In this document: positions 49,820 through 59,731 of the stretch, piece after piece | How the letters are laid out: the number at the start of each line of letters is the position of its first letter | Numbering within the stretch: position 1 is the first letter of the stretch | Assembly (NCBI GenBank): GCA_016180435.1 | Contig: JACPBG010000001.1 | Span: 283,107-347,106 of the forward strand | Direction: 5' to 3' | Source: Candidatus Sungiibacteriota bacterium | GTDB lineage: Bacteria > Patescibacteriota > Minisyncoccia > Sungbacterales > HO2-52-23 | DNA length: 64,000 bases | Translations under genes and position numbers: made by a program | The notes under the pieces: generated by a model | Databases searched by the model: none | Told to the model about the DNA's origin: nothing | What the model saw: the letters and a program-made list of their open reading frames with translations, nothing else

Positions 49820-50536
49820 ATGAACCCTTTGCTACGCGCTAAAAATGAAATCCTTGATCTTTTGTTCCCTCCCATATGCGCCGGATGCGGAAAAGAAGGT
49901 GAATTTTTCTGTAATTTATGCAAAAAAACGCTTATACAAGTGCCGCCCAAATGCTTCGCCTGTGGAAAACTATCTCCGGGAACAAAACGCATTCCGCAGG
50001 GAAGAACCTGTACTTCATGCCGCGCCCATACCCCGATTTATGCTTTTATTTCTCCATTTTTATACCGACAGGAGCCGGTACGCGAACTTATCCACAATCT
50101 TAAATATCTGCGGGTATATGGCATAAGCCGAGTTCTTGCAAAATTGCTTATTAATTATTTAAGCCGTTTCAAAATACGCTTTCCTAAAAATTCCATATTA
50201 GTTCCCCTGCCGCTTCATTCCAGGCGCGAACGTACGCGAGGATTCAACCAATCGCGTTTAATCGCGGAGTCGCTAGCCGAATCATCGGATATCCAAATAT
50301 ACAATAACGTACTCATACGTACAGAAAACACCAGACCCCAGATCGAACTTCGCGCCGAAGAACGCCGCGCCAACATCATCGGAGCGTTTGCGGCCATATT
50401 TCCTGAAAAAATCAGGGATAAAACCGTAATTTTACTGGATGACGTAAAAACCACCGGATCCACTTTGGAGGAAGCCGCCCATGTTTTAAAATCCGCCGGA
50501 GCTAAAAAAATATGGGCAATTACGATTGCCCACTGA
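49820..50536 (+). CDS. comF: Competence protein ComF
   Basis: FPPICAGC zinc finger, RGFNQS, LLDDVKTTGSTL. Confidence 0.93.
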   Translation: MNPLLRAKNEILDLLFPPICAGCGKEGEFFCNLCKKTLIQVPPKCFACGKLSPGTKRIPQGRTCTSCRAHTPIYAFISPFLYRQEPVRELIHNLKYLRVYGISRVLAKLLINYLSRFKIRFPKNSILVPLPLHSRRERTRGFNQSRLIAESLAESSDIQIYNNVLIRTENTRPQIELRAEERRANIIGAFAAIFPEKIRDKTVILLDDVKTTGSTLEEAAHVLKSAGAKKIWAITIAH

Positions 50537-50566
50537 TTTACTATAGAGGCTAAGCCTCTATAGTAC

Positions 50567-51286
50567 TTATTTGAATTTTTGGATGATTTTATAAATTTTT
50601 CCCCGATGGTTGTAAAGAAACGTATTCTCAACATTCGGGTAATCTTTGAAATTATAAACTACCTCCTTGGTTACGTTTCCCAACGAGTCATATTCCACGA
50701 TATGCGTTTGAATAATTTTCTCGCTGGATATATCCTTTAACGTTCCTCTTATCGGACGCCACTTATCACCAAACTGCACGGATAGTTCCCAAAAATCCGG
50801 ATACACTGCTTCTCGACTACATGGAGCAGATGAAATATGGGTCATAGTCAAAGGAAGCGTTCGGTTTTCACGCGAATTAAATTCCAGTTCATCCACAAAA
50901 CACATCTGTCCTTCATCTTTATCCCAGAGCCATGTTTTTCCTCGTACCAGTTCCAAGGGCTGATTAAAATCAATCCGGCCGTAAGTATATTCAATCCTTA
51001 ACGCCAGTCCTCCATTGGGATAGTACCAAAACGCCGTTGCGGCATCTTCTTTTTTCTCCACCTTCACTGCGTATTTCACAATCTGTCCGGTTGGATACTG
51101 CCATTCAATCACATCACCCCACACATCCTCGGCACGAAGTACTGACCCAAAAAATACATCCAGAGTTTCCGCCTTGGCGATTCCCGAGAATGAAAATAGG
51201 AAAATTACCGTCCCAATCACAAAATTCATCCCGATTCTCCTAAAACGAACTGCGTAAAAAGTAGCATATTCTACATTCTTTGGCAA
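50567..51286 (-). CDS. Hypothetical secreted protein
   Basis: Signal-peptide-like segment from MNFVIG; flanked on both sides by CTATAGAG palindromes. Confidence 0.6.
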   Translation of the reverse strand: MPKNVEYATFYAVRFRRIGMNFVIGTVIFLFSFSGIAKAETLDVFFGSVLRAEDVWGDVIEWQYPTGQIVKYAVKVEKKEDAATAFWYYPNGGLALRIEYTYGRIDFNQPLELVRGKTWLWDKDEGQMCFVDELEFNSRENRTLPLTMTHISSAPCSREAVYPDFWELSVQFGDKWRPIRGTLKDISSEKIIQTHIVEYDSLGNVTKEVVYNFKDYPNVENTFLYNHRGKIYKIIQKFK

Positions 51287-51347
51287 ATAAAAAACTATAG
51301 AGGTTTTAGCTCTATAGTAACTTCACGAGGATTCGACTAATTGAATT

Positions 51348-51566
51348 TTAATCGCCTTCGCAGGGGCCGCTATAGCCAGAAATATTTTTCGTCGCTATTT
51401 CTCTAATCTCATTCTCGTTCGCGCGGCGAAAATGGTGTTCAGAGTGCAAACTGCACTCCAGCCATATCCCTCAATGGCTCGACAAACGAAGTTCTCCGCC
51501 ATCTCCAGTAGGACACGGGTCTCCGCTATGCGCTTCTTCGGAAATTTTTATATAACTTATATCCAT
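51348..51566 (-). pseudogene. 72-codon zinc-ribbon-like ORF with an internal in-frame TGA
   Basis: MDISYIKISEEAHSGDPCPTGDGGELRLSSH*GIWLECSLHSEHHFRRANENEIREIATKNISGYSGPCEGD. AGAGGTG SD 4 nt upstream; TGA at 51471-51473. Confidence 0.5.
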
Positions 51567-51666
51567 ACAACACCTCTAACCAAGGAACTTATTATAAAAT
51601 AGCACACCGCATTTCATATTGCAATAAAATAAAAAATACCGCAGGGCGAACCCGTGCGGCTATTTA

Positions 51667-52080
51667 TTACAAAGCAACCTCAGCCATATCAACATATTGC
51701 TGATGGCACTTCCACCAATCTTTAATAATTACTCGTTGAGGATATAAAACCTGCATCTTTTGAGAAAAATTCCGCGACACTAAATCCCACCCGAACAGAA
51801 TAATAGTTAAAAAATCTTCTAATGCCTCTACCACCAATCTTTTCGCCACACCTTTTTTCCTATAGCGGGAATGTACGAAAATACTCAAACTGACCTCATC
51901 TCCATGAGGCAAAGCAAACGCCCATCCCATAATTCGTTCCTCGTCAAATAAAACAATGGTCGGAGAATCCGGAAACGCCCGGATAAAATGCCTTAAAGCC
52001 CCGTAAGGCAGCGTGGCGTATTTCAATTTTCTCTTGGTATTATTATCCCAATCGCTAAACCGCTTTTTAACGATTTTCAA
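51667..52080 (-). CDS. GNAT-family acetyltransferase
   Basis: IFVHSRYRKKGVAKRLV (motif A). Confidence 0.8.
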   Translation of the reverse strand: MKIVKKRFSDWDNNTKRKLKYATLPYGALRHFIRAFPDSPTIVLFDEERIMGWAFALPHGDEVSLSIFVHSRYRKKGVAKRLVVEALEDFLTIILFGWDLVSRNFSQKMQVLYPQRVIIKDWWKCHQQYVDMAEVAL

Positions 52081-52152
52081 GGTGCAATTTTCCTTTGCTA
52101 TATAGGATTATTACCAAGTAAATCACAAAAGGGCTTTTGTCGCAATCGTAAT

Positions 52153-52186
52153 AAAAAATTTGTGCCGATCTAAGATCGGCACAAAT
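52153..52186 (-). terminator. Intrinsic terminator downstream of rny
   Basis: atttgtgccgatct-a-agatcggcacaaat followed by a U-tract on the minus strand. Confidence 0.7.
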
Positions 52187-52240
52187 ACATTAAGCGAACT
52201 CCACACGCTCTCTCTTCAGGGATTGTCTTTAATTTCGAGT

Positions 52241-52391
52241 GCGCGGTCGAGGCGGTTCTTTTTAAAAACCATTGAGAAGCCGATTGGCACGGTCTCCGAC
52301 CGCAGTCGGAGCAATCGGCTGATCATTGAGAACAGCCGCCCGCTGGGGCGGCTGTTCGTGTTTTCAAAAAGAATCGCCTCGAAAACCGCGC
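52241..52391. other. 151-nt multibranch structured element abutting the rny stop codon
   Basis: Long outer stem plus two perfect or near-perfect inner hairpins. Confidence 0.65.
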
Positions 52392-53921
52392 CTATCGAGC
52401 ATACTCCACAACCCTTGTTTCCCTTATCACATGCACTTTTATCTCTCCCGGATACTTCAATTCCGCCTCCACTTGTTGCGCGATTTTTCGCGCAAGTTCC
52501 CGCGCTTCAAAATCGCTGATTTTCTCCGGCGTCACAAAAATTCTGATCTCTCGTCCTCCGGAAATCGCGTAGGCCTTCTCCACTCCGTCCATGGCAGCTG
52601 CAATACGTTCCAAATCCTCTAAACGCTTTAAATATGCTTCAATAGTATCTCGGCGCGCACCCGGGCGGGAAGCGGAAATCGCATCCACGGTCTGCACGAT
52701 CACGGATTCAAGGGTCTCATACGGATATTCCTCGTGATGCGATTGCATGGCCTGGATCACTTTAACGTCCACCCCGAATTTTTGCAAAATCCTGCGACCG
52801 ATCTCAACATGCGTTCCGGTGACTTCATGGTCCACGGCTTTTCCAATATCATGCAAAAGCGCGCCTTTCTTAGCGATTGCCACATCCCCTCCGACTTCGG
52901 ATGCCAGCATTCCGGCCAAATGCGTCATCTCAATTGAATGTTGTAGCACGTTTTGGCCGTAACTTGTGCGGAATTTTAAACGCCCCACCAGCGTCAATAG
53001 CCGCGGATCCAAATCAAAAATCCCAACCTCATACGCGGCTTTTTCTCCGGCATCCTTTATTTGCTTTTCAATTTCTTCGCGCGCCTTCTCTACCGTTTCT
53101 TCGATCCTGGCGGGCTGTATGCGGCCATCCTGAATCAGCATTTCCAGAGATGCTTTGGCGATCTGGCGCCGAACCGGATCAAAAGAAGATATCACAATTG
53201 ATCCCGGGGTATCATCCACAATCACTTCAACGCCGGCCGCGCGTTCCAGCGCCTTAATGTTCCTACCCTCACGGCCGATGATTTTTCCTTTCAAATCATC
53301 CGAAGGAATCGCAACCGTTGTGGTAGTAACTTCGGATGTCGTGGGAGTCGCCAAACGCTGGATAAGCGCGGCCAGAGTATTTTTGGCTTTACGCTCCAGT
53401 TCCTCCATTCCGGATTGTTCCATTTTTTTCACGCGCACCATAAGATCCTCGGCGTGCTCTTTTTGCACTTTTTGCATTACGGCATTAACCGCGTCTTCCT
53501 TGGAAAGCCCGGAAATGCGTTCAAGCTCTTTCAGGGACTTGGCTTTGGCATCTTCTATTTCAACTTTAATTGTCTTCAAACGCTCAATTTTATCTTCCAA
53601 GTCCTTTTCTTTTTGCTCAAAATCGGCTCTGCGTTTATCAATCGAGGTTTCCCGCTCCAAAACCCTCTCCTCCAATTTACGAATTTGGCTAATGCGCTCT
53701 TTTTCCTCTTTTTTGGCCTCGTCCACAACCCTGCCGGCCCTTTCCTTGGCATCCAACAAAATTTCCTTGGCTTCGGTTTTGGAATCTTCAATAAGTTTCT
53801 TTAACTTGGCCTCTATTGAGGATTTCCGGCGCTGAGCCACGAGTTGCCGCAGCAAATACCCGCCGCCAACGCCCGCAACGAGTATAAGAATTGCCCCTCC
53901 AAATAAAAATAGCGGATCCAT
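52392..53921 (-). CDS. rny: Ribonuclease Y
   Basis: N-terminal TM, coiled coil, KH (KGKIIGREGRNI), HD (LLHDIGKA). Confidence 0.97.
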   Translation of the reverse strand: MDPLFLFGGAILILVAGVGGGYLLRQLVAQRRKSSIEAKLKKLIEDSKTEAKEILLDAKERAGRVVDEAKKEEKERISQIRKLEERVLERETSIDKRRADFEQKEKDLEDKIERLKTIKVEIEDAKAKSLKELERISGLSKEDAVNAVMQKVQKEHAEDLMVRVKKMEQSGMEELERKAKNTLAALIQRLATPTTSEVTTTTVAIPSDDLKGKIIGREGRNIKALERAAGVEVIVDDTPGSIVISSFDPVRRQIAKASLEMLIQDGRIQPARIEETVEKAREEIEKQIKDAGEKAAYEVGIFDLDPRLLTLVGRLKFRTSYGQNVLQHSIEMTHLAGMLASEVGGDVAIAKKGALLHDIGKAVDHEVTGTHVEIGRRILQKFGVDVKVIQAMQSHHEEYPYETLESVIVQTVDAISASRPGARRDTIEAYLKRLEDLERIAAAMDGVEKAYAISGGREIRIFVTPEKISDFEARELARKIAQQVEAELKYPGEIKVHVIRETRVVEYAR

Positions 53922-53931
53922 AAAAATAGTC

Positions 53932-54083
53932 CGAGAAAAACCGAAAGAATAGGAGAAATTTCAAATTACCGATTACGTAAAATCGGTTCGAAAAACACGA
54001 TAATTCTGGATGAGAGAATTTTTAAAAGCACGTTTAGAAGTGAAAAATCGGGCAAATTATCCTTTTCCTCTGCGTTTTTCTCG
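53932..54083 (-). ncRNA. Structured leader upstream of rny, possibly a divergent 6S RNA
   Basis: Terminal stem cgagaaaaac/gtttttctcg; promoter TTGACA-17-TAAACT at 54158-54130. Confidence 0.3.
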
Positions 54084-54147
54084 AGTCCTTAAATTTAGTA
54101 AAAATCGATAATATATTTCTATAACGCTAAGTTTAACAAGGATGGTT

Positions 54148-54630
54148 TCAAATGTCAAGCACGCGCGTCATTTCTCTGATATCAATTTTATCCACGCGCC
54201 GCCGGAGTTTGGACTTATAGACAATCAAATCCTTTTTGGGAATAATGCGGACGCGCTCCCCGAAAACTATTTTAGTCCTGTATTTATGCAAATTATCATC
54301 GGCAGGCACCCAGCGCTTTTTCTTTTTATCAAATAGTTTGGCGCGGCTTGCGGCAACATCTATTAACTGGCCGCGATATTTAAGCGTCATCAAAAATATA
54401 TCAAAGCCCTCGCCCCTATACTGTTCCGGCCCAAAAACAATATATTTTTTAACGTCCGCCAAAATGTTTTTAAATTTCTTTTCGGGAATATCAATATCAA
54501 TGTCAAGCAATTTACGTTTTGCCCCGTAAATTTCAGCGGCCAAACCGCCCTCAATCAAATACGGCACGCGGTGCTTTTTCAAAATGCGCATGATCCAATG
54601 AAACGCGGCTTTGATATTTCGCATATGCAT
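54148..54630 (-). CDS. Nucleotidyltransferase-fold protein
   Basis: YLIEGGLAA.IYGAKR.LLDIDIDI; LIVYKSKL.R.VD..D. Confidence 0.75.
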   Translation of the reverse strand: MHMRNIKAAFHWIMRILKKHRVPYLIEGGLAAEIYGAKRKLLDIDIDIPEKKFKNILADVKKYIVFGPEQYRGEGFDIFLMTLKYRGQLIDVAASRAKLFDKKKKRWVPADDNLHKYRTKIVFGERVRIIPKKDLIVYKSKLRRRVDKIDIREMTRVLDI

Positions 54631-54666
54631 ATTTTATCATAGCTAACGATGTGCTAAAATAGCTAA

Positions 54667-56253
54667 ATGACCAAACCCAAACCCCTAATATTAGTAATTC
54701 TTGACGGATTCGGCATATCAACCGAAAAAACCGGTAATCCGGTGGAAGTTGCCAAAAAACCTGTTTGGCAGGAACTGGAAAAAAAATTCCCTTTCACGCT
54801 TTTACAGGCATCCGGCGTTGCTGTCGGACTTCCCTGGGGGGAATCCGGAAATTCCGAAGTGGGGCATTTAACCATTGGCGCCGGGCGCGTGATTTACCAT
54901 CACCTGCCGCGAATCGTGTATTCTATTTATGACGGATCGTTTTTCAAAAACAAGGCATTTTTACAGGCAACCGCGCATGTAAAAACACACGGCTCGCGCC
55001 TGCATATTGCGGGACTCGTGTCCTCCGGTTCGGTCCATAGCTACATTGACCATCTTTATGCCCTGCTTGATACGGCCGAACGCGAAAACGTGCCGGAAGT
55101 TTTCATCCATATATTTACCGACGGCAAAGACGCCTATCCGCAAGAAGGCGCCAAATTCATCGGAATGCTGGAGGAGCGGATGAAAAAAGAATGGCCGCAT
55201 GCGCATTTGGCGTCCGTGATCGGAAGATTTTTTGCGCTGGATCGGGACAACAACTGGGACCGGGTAAAAAAAGCGTATGATCTTCTAACCATAGGGGCTG
55301 GAGAAAAAATAACATCAATCCCCCAGCATATCGCCGCATCCTATGCGCAAAATATCACGGATGAATTCGTGGAGCCCGCTATTGTCGTTGGGGATGATAA
55401 AAATCCGGTCGGCGTAATCCGTGAAAATGATGCCCTTATATTTTCTGATTTCCGTGAGGACTCCATGCGTGAAATTTCACGCGCCTTCGCGGATGCAGAA
55501 TTCTCGCAATTCCCGCGCGAACCCATAAAAAACTTGCGGGTAGTCACCATGACCGAATACCAAAAAGGGACAGAAGCCCTTCCGGCATTTCCCACGCTGG
55601 ATGTTACCTGGCCTCTCACCCGCGTACTTTCCGATTCGGGACTTTCACATCTGCACATTGCCGAGACCCAAAAATACGCCCATGTTACTTATTTTCTAAA
55701 CGGCGGCCGGGAAGAGCCGTTTCCGCATGAGGAAAGGATCTTGATTCCTTCGCTGGTTGCCGCGCATTATGACGAGATGCCGGAAATGCGCGCGCGCGAT
55801 ATTACTAACAAAATTCTTGAGCGATTCAATGATTATGATGTTATTATTGCAAACCTGGCTAATACCGATATGGTCGGGCATTCCGGAAATTTTGAGGCCG
55901 CGGTGCATGCGATTGAAACCGTGGATGAGTGTTTGGGAGAACTTCTGAATGCCGTGATGAATTCCGGGGCATTGCTGGTAATTACCGCGGACCACGGAAA
56001 CATTGAACGCAAGCGGAATATAATAACCGGAGAAGCCAGCACCAAACATTCGGTGAATCCGGTTCCGCTTTTTCTGGTGAGCCGGGAATTGCGGCGGGAA
56101 AAGTTGCGGACCGAGGAGGAAATCTTGCAGAAAAAATCCGAGATTGACGGAATTTTAACGGATATTGCGCCCACCCTGCTGGAAATTCTGGGGATAAAGA
56201 AGCCGCAGGAAATGACGGGAAAAAGTTTGCTTTCAATTCTTTTATCTCGGTAA
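54667..56253 (+). CDS. gpmI: 2,3-bisphosphoglycerate-independent phosphoglycerate mutase
   Basis: ILDGFG, GNSEVGH, AETQKYAHVTYF, DMVGHSG, TADHGN. Confidence 0.96.
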   Translation: MTKPKPLILVILDGFGISTEKTGNPVEVAKKPVWQELEKKFPFTLLQASGVAVGLPWGESGNSEVGHLTIGAGRVIYHHLPRIVYSIYDGSFFKNKAFLQATAHVKTHGSRLHIAGLVSSGSVHSYIDHLYALLDTAERENVPEVFIHIFTDGKDAYPQEGAKFIGMLEERMKKEWPHAHLASVIGRFFALDRDNNWDRVKKAYDLLTIGAGEKITSIPQHIAASYAQNITDEFVEPAIVVGDDKNPVGVIRENDALIFSDFREDSMREISRAFADAEFSQFPREPIKNLRVVTMTEYQKGTEALPAFPTLDVTWPLTRVLSDSGLSHLHIAETQKYAHVTYFLNGGREEPFPHEERILIPSLVAAHYDEMPEMRARDITNKILERFNDYDVIIANLANTDMVGHSGNFEAAVHAIETVDECLGELLNAVMNSGALLVITADHGNIERKRNIITGEASTKHSVNPVPLFLVSRELRREKLRTEEEILQKKSEIDGILTDIAPTLLEILGIKKPQEMTGKSLLSILLSR

Positions 56254-56530
56254 TATGCTCTCCGCTCAAGAGTTTCAGTGTGAAAAAAATGGAGCCGAAA
56301 ATGTAACGGGAACCCTCCGGCAAAGCCGGTTTCCCTTGTTACATTTTCTCACCATTTTTTATCCACACTTCCACAATTTCGCGAAAGAGCATATTACCTC
56401 GCCTTAACAGAATTGAAAGATTGGGATAGAAATATGGTTTGCTAAATGTATCCGCCAACGGCGGAATTTTATATAAGATAGGGTTGAAAAAACTGACCAT
56501 AGATGTTATGTTCATTCCAGTTCGTTTCAA

Positions 56531-57196
56531 ATGACTGTCGGGCTGGAAAAAAATATGATTTCACAAAGCATCTCTTTGATCGGAATGTCAAATGTCGGAA
56601 AATCACACTGGAGAGAAAAGATTGCTCCTTTGGGTTTTACCCCATTTTGCTGTGATGATCTTATTGAGAAAAAACTCGAACCGTATCTCCGCACAAACGG
56701 ATTTCACGGAATAGAGGATATTGCCAAATGGATGGGGCAACCCTATGATCAACAATATCCGGCTAATAGCGCGCTTTATCTGAAAAAAGAGGCCGCTGTG
56801 ATGAAAGAGATTATCCGAGAATTACGAAAAGGACGGAAACGCTTAATCATTGATACAACCGGCAGCGTAATTTATCTGGAAGAGAAAATCTTGGATGCGC
56901 TGCGAAAACTAAGCATCGTGGTCTTACTTGATACGCCGGAAAATTTCCAGCAAGAACTTTACCGCAAGTATCTTTTAAATCCTAAACCGGTCATCTGGGG
57001 AGACGCTTATCAACCTCTTCCAGGCGAAAATCCTAAAGACGCGCTAACCCGCTACTATCCGTTACTGCTGAAAAGCCGTAACAAGATGTACCGACGCCAC
57101 GCCCAAATTATCCTTGATTATGACAAGTTAAGAGCGCGGGAATTCAATGCCCAAAAATTTCTGGAAGAAGTTGAGCTTCTTCTTGGACAAAAATAA
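56531..57196 (+). CDS. Shikimate-kinase-like P-loop kinase
   Basis: LIGMSNVGKS (Walker A), DDLIE, IIDTTGSVIY. Confidence 0.72.
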   Translation: MTVGLEKNMISQSISLIGMSNVGKSHWREKIAPLGFTPFCCDDLIEKKLEPYLRTNGFHGIEDIAKWMGQPYDQQYPANSALYLKKEAAVMKEIIRELRKGRKRLIIDTTGSVIYLEEKILDALRKLSIVVLLDTPENFQQELYRKYLLNPKPVIWGDAYQPLPGENPKDALTRYYPLLLKSRNKMYRRHAQIILDYDKLRAREFNAQKFLEEVELLLGQK

Positions 57197-57283
57197 TGTT
57201 AAACACCGAGTGTCACACATTTTATTGACAGATTTCGTGGCGGCCGTATACTGACAATAGTTCTAAAGCTTATCGGGGTTTTT

Positions 57284-57550
57284 ATGCCGGATCCGAAAAT
57301 TGGAGATCTTTGTCTGTTCGATCAAATACCAGTGGGTGCGGTATTTCAGGCCTATAATAAGAAAGGCGAGCCGTTCCAGGCCTACTTCGTTAAAGACACG
57401 CCTGAATGGGTATTTCAGGCACGGCAACTCGAGAAAAATAAGTGGAAACGCGCAGGCGGAGCTGGCGGTTATGTCGGACGCATATGCAAATATATTGCCG
57501 GACCCGAAAACGTCGAACCCGATTCGCCGGACATAATCCGCCCCCTCTAA
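57284..57550 (+). CDS. Small hypothetical protein
   Basis: Preceded by a promoter TTGACA-16-TATACT (57225-57252). Confidence 0.55.
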   Translation: MPDPKIGDLCLFDQIPVGAVFQAYNKKGEPFQAYFVKDTPEWVFQARQLEKNKWKRAGGAGGYVGRICKYIAGPENVEPDSPDIIRPL

Positions 57551-57602
57551 GCCGCAATCAAAGTTAATTAATTCGCCAAAAGGTGTCACCTTTGGCGATT
57601 TT

Positions 57603-58838
57603 TTATTTCTGAATTTCTACTTTCCGCAAAAAGAATAATCCAATGGCGACAAATATAGCCATGGAGGCAACGGCCAAACGATAACGCGCCGGGCCCAACC
57701 CAATGAAAAAATAAGTTATTGATCCCCAAGCAAGCGGCCCCACCAGGGTTGAAACACGCTCCGCCAAAGTATAAAAGCTGAATCCAAAGTTTAATTTTTC
57801 CGGAGGACAAAGCGCCGTCATGGCTGCCCGGGTTACCGTCCAAATTGCTCCGAAAAGAAATCCCATCAAAACGCACAAAACCACAAAAACAGTAAAGTTT
57901 GTTGTTAAGCCAAAAAGCGGAAACAACAATACCCAGCTTCCCAAAACAATCAGAAGTGCTTTTTTAAGTCCGATCTTATCCGCAACCCATCCGGAAAAAA
58001 GAGCGCCAAATATAGACGTAAAGAGTATGCCGACCAGAATCAGCGATTTAATACTATCAGAAACCGCAAAAACATTTTCAACATAAATGGGGAAATTACC
58101 TGAGGCGGTAATAATAGCATCGCTAAAAAAGAAATATGCAAGAAGAAAAAATCCCATATGCGGAGCGCGAATCAACTCATTAAATTTTCTCCATTGATTT
58201 TTATACTCCGCTACAAGTTTAATTTTCTCCGCCGCTTTTACTTCTTTCTTTGGTATCTTGAAAAAAACAAGCATGGGCAACGCCAGAAGAAAAAATATAA
58301 AAACTGCCGGAAGAAACGTCTGCGCACGCCCGGGTTCGCCGAAAAGATATAGCGCGCCTCCGGCAAAAGGAAGCGCCAACAAAAGTCCGGCAATTTGCCC
58401 CGAATAATTCCCGGCCTGCCCGATACCGGACGCCATCCCCTGTTTATCCGATGACGCAACATGGCGGAGAAGCGCGTTATAAAAAACAAAAGAAAACTGA
58501 TAAAAATAATTCGCACCAAGAAACAAGGCGGCTGCCAAAAATACTTTCTGCGTAAAAAAGAGAGTGGTAATCGAAGTCAGAAGATAGAAAATGAACACCA
58601 AAACTGTAATCACATTAAAATAAAGAAGCTGTCTTCCGGTTTTATCCGCAATACTGCCCAGTACCGGCGCAGTAAGAAGAAGGATCGCCGATCCTATCGT
58701 AAAAATCATATTATACCAAAAATCCGGGACCCCCTTATCCACCACCAGCCACTGGGAAAAATAAAGAAAGAAAACGATACTGACTATAGAATTGGCAAAA
58801 TCATACAGAGTCCAGAAAAAAATATTTTTCCTATTCAT
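57603..58838 (-). CDS. MFS transporter (UMF1/ATG22-like)
   Basis: WTLYDFANS, APVLGSIAD, VFYNALL, 12 TM segments. Confidence 0.9.
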   Translation of the reverse strand: MNRKNIFFWTLYDFANSIVSIVFFLYFSQWLVVDKGVPDFWYNMIFTIGSAILLLTAPVLGSIADKTGRQLLYFNVITVLVFIFYLLTSITTLFFTQKVFLAAALFLGANYFYQFSFVFYNALLRHVASSDKQGMASGIGQAGNYSGQIAGLLLALPFAGGALYLFGEPGRAQTFLPAVFIFFLLALPMLVFFKIPKKEVKAAEKIKLVAEYKNQWRKFNELIRAPHMGFFLLAYFFFSDAIITASGNFPIYVENVFAVSDSIKSLILVGILFTSIFGALFSGWVADKIGLKKALLIVLGSWVLLFPLFGLTTNFTVFVVLCVLMGFLFGAIWTVTRAAMTALCPPEKLNFGFSFYTLAERVSTLVGPLAWGSITYFFIGLGPARYRLAVASMAIFVAIGLFFLRKVEIQK

Positions 58839-58948
58839 ACAAATAATAATAACACAACAAATATTTAGACAGAAACGAAAAATAAAAAGCGCGGAATGCG
58901 CTACCTTGAGAAAACTCTCACCCTCTCCGCAGAAAATGGAATAAGCGA

Positions 58949-59103
58949 GGCACTATGCATTTTTGCGAAATTTGCGTAGGTGCGGATACAAATAAATGAA
59001 CGAGGCAACAAGGGAAGCCGCGAGCGGACGTAGCGGAGGGCTCCCGTTGCCGAGCGAATATTATTTGTCCGCACCGTAGCACTTGAGCAAAATGCATGGT
59101 GCC
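58949..59103. repeat. Long imperfect palindromic (REP-like) element downstream of clpP
   Basis: ggcactatgcatttt/aaaatgcatggtgcc, ggtgcggatacaaataa/ttatttgtccgcacc, ggcaac..ggg/cccgttgcc. Confidence 0.7.
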
Positions 59104-59113
59104 GAGCAAAAAC

Positions 59114-59731
59114 CTATTTACCACTCACCTTCCTTTTTATTATCTCATCAATCAACCCGTACTTTTTCGCCTCCTCGGCATTCATCCAAAAATCCCGATC
59201 CGTATCTTTTTCCACCTGCTCCAACGGCCTGCCGGTATGTTTGGCCAGAATCTTATTTAAACTATCCTTGATTTTTACGATATGCCGCGCGGAGATTTCA
59301 ATATCAATGGCCTGCCCTTCCGCGCCTCCCATGACCTGATGCAATAAAATTTCGGAATTTGGCAGCATAAAGCGCTTGTTTTTAGCGCCGGATGCCAAAA
59401 GCACGGCTGCCATGGAGGCCGCCACGCCAACGCATACGGTTGAAACATCTGGCTTCACATACTGCATGGCATCATAAATTGCCATCCCGGCGGTTACCGA
59501 ACCACCCGGAGAATTTATATATAGTTTAATATCTTTTTTCTCATCCTCGGATTCAAGAAACAAAAGCTGGGCAATAATCGCGTTTGCCACCGGATCCATA
59601 ATCGGCCCGCCCAAAAATATGATCCGCTCTTTCAGAAGCCGCGAATAGATGTCATAGGCCCGCTCCCCATAATGAGTCTTTTCCACCACGGTCGGTATTA
59701 AAAATTGATTGTAATATTGTTCGTCTTCCAT
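59114..59731 (-). CDS. clpP: ATP-dependent Clp protease proteolytic subunit
   Basis: [35 protein letters not shown]. Confidence 0.97.
   Translation of the reverse strand: MEDEQYYNQFLIPTVVEKTHYGERAYDIYSRLLKERIIFLGGPIMDPVANAIIAQLLFLESEDEKKDIKLYINSPGGSVTAGMAIYDAMQYVKPDVSTVCVGVAASMAAVLLASGAKNKRFMLPNSEILLHQVMGGAEGQAIDIEISARHIVKIKDSLNKILAKHTGRPLEQVEKDTDRDFWMNAEEAKKYGLIDEIIKRKVSGK

Noticed and set aside
51471-51473. Genome-wide TGA recoding or selenocysteine
   Set aside because: galU, tig, pilM and others end at TGA, and no SECIS or redox motif was recognised.
56253-56531. SAM or other riboswitch upstream of the P-loop kinase
   Set aside because: Only a simple palindrome (56297-56348) is present, and no riboswitch consensus was recognised.
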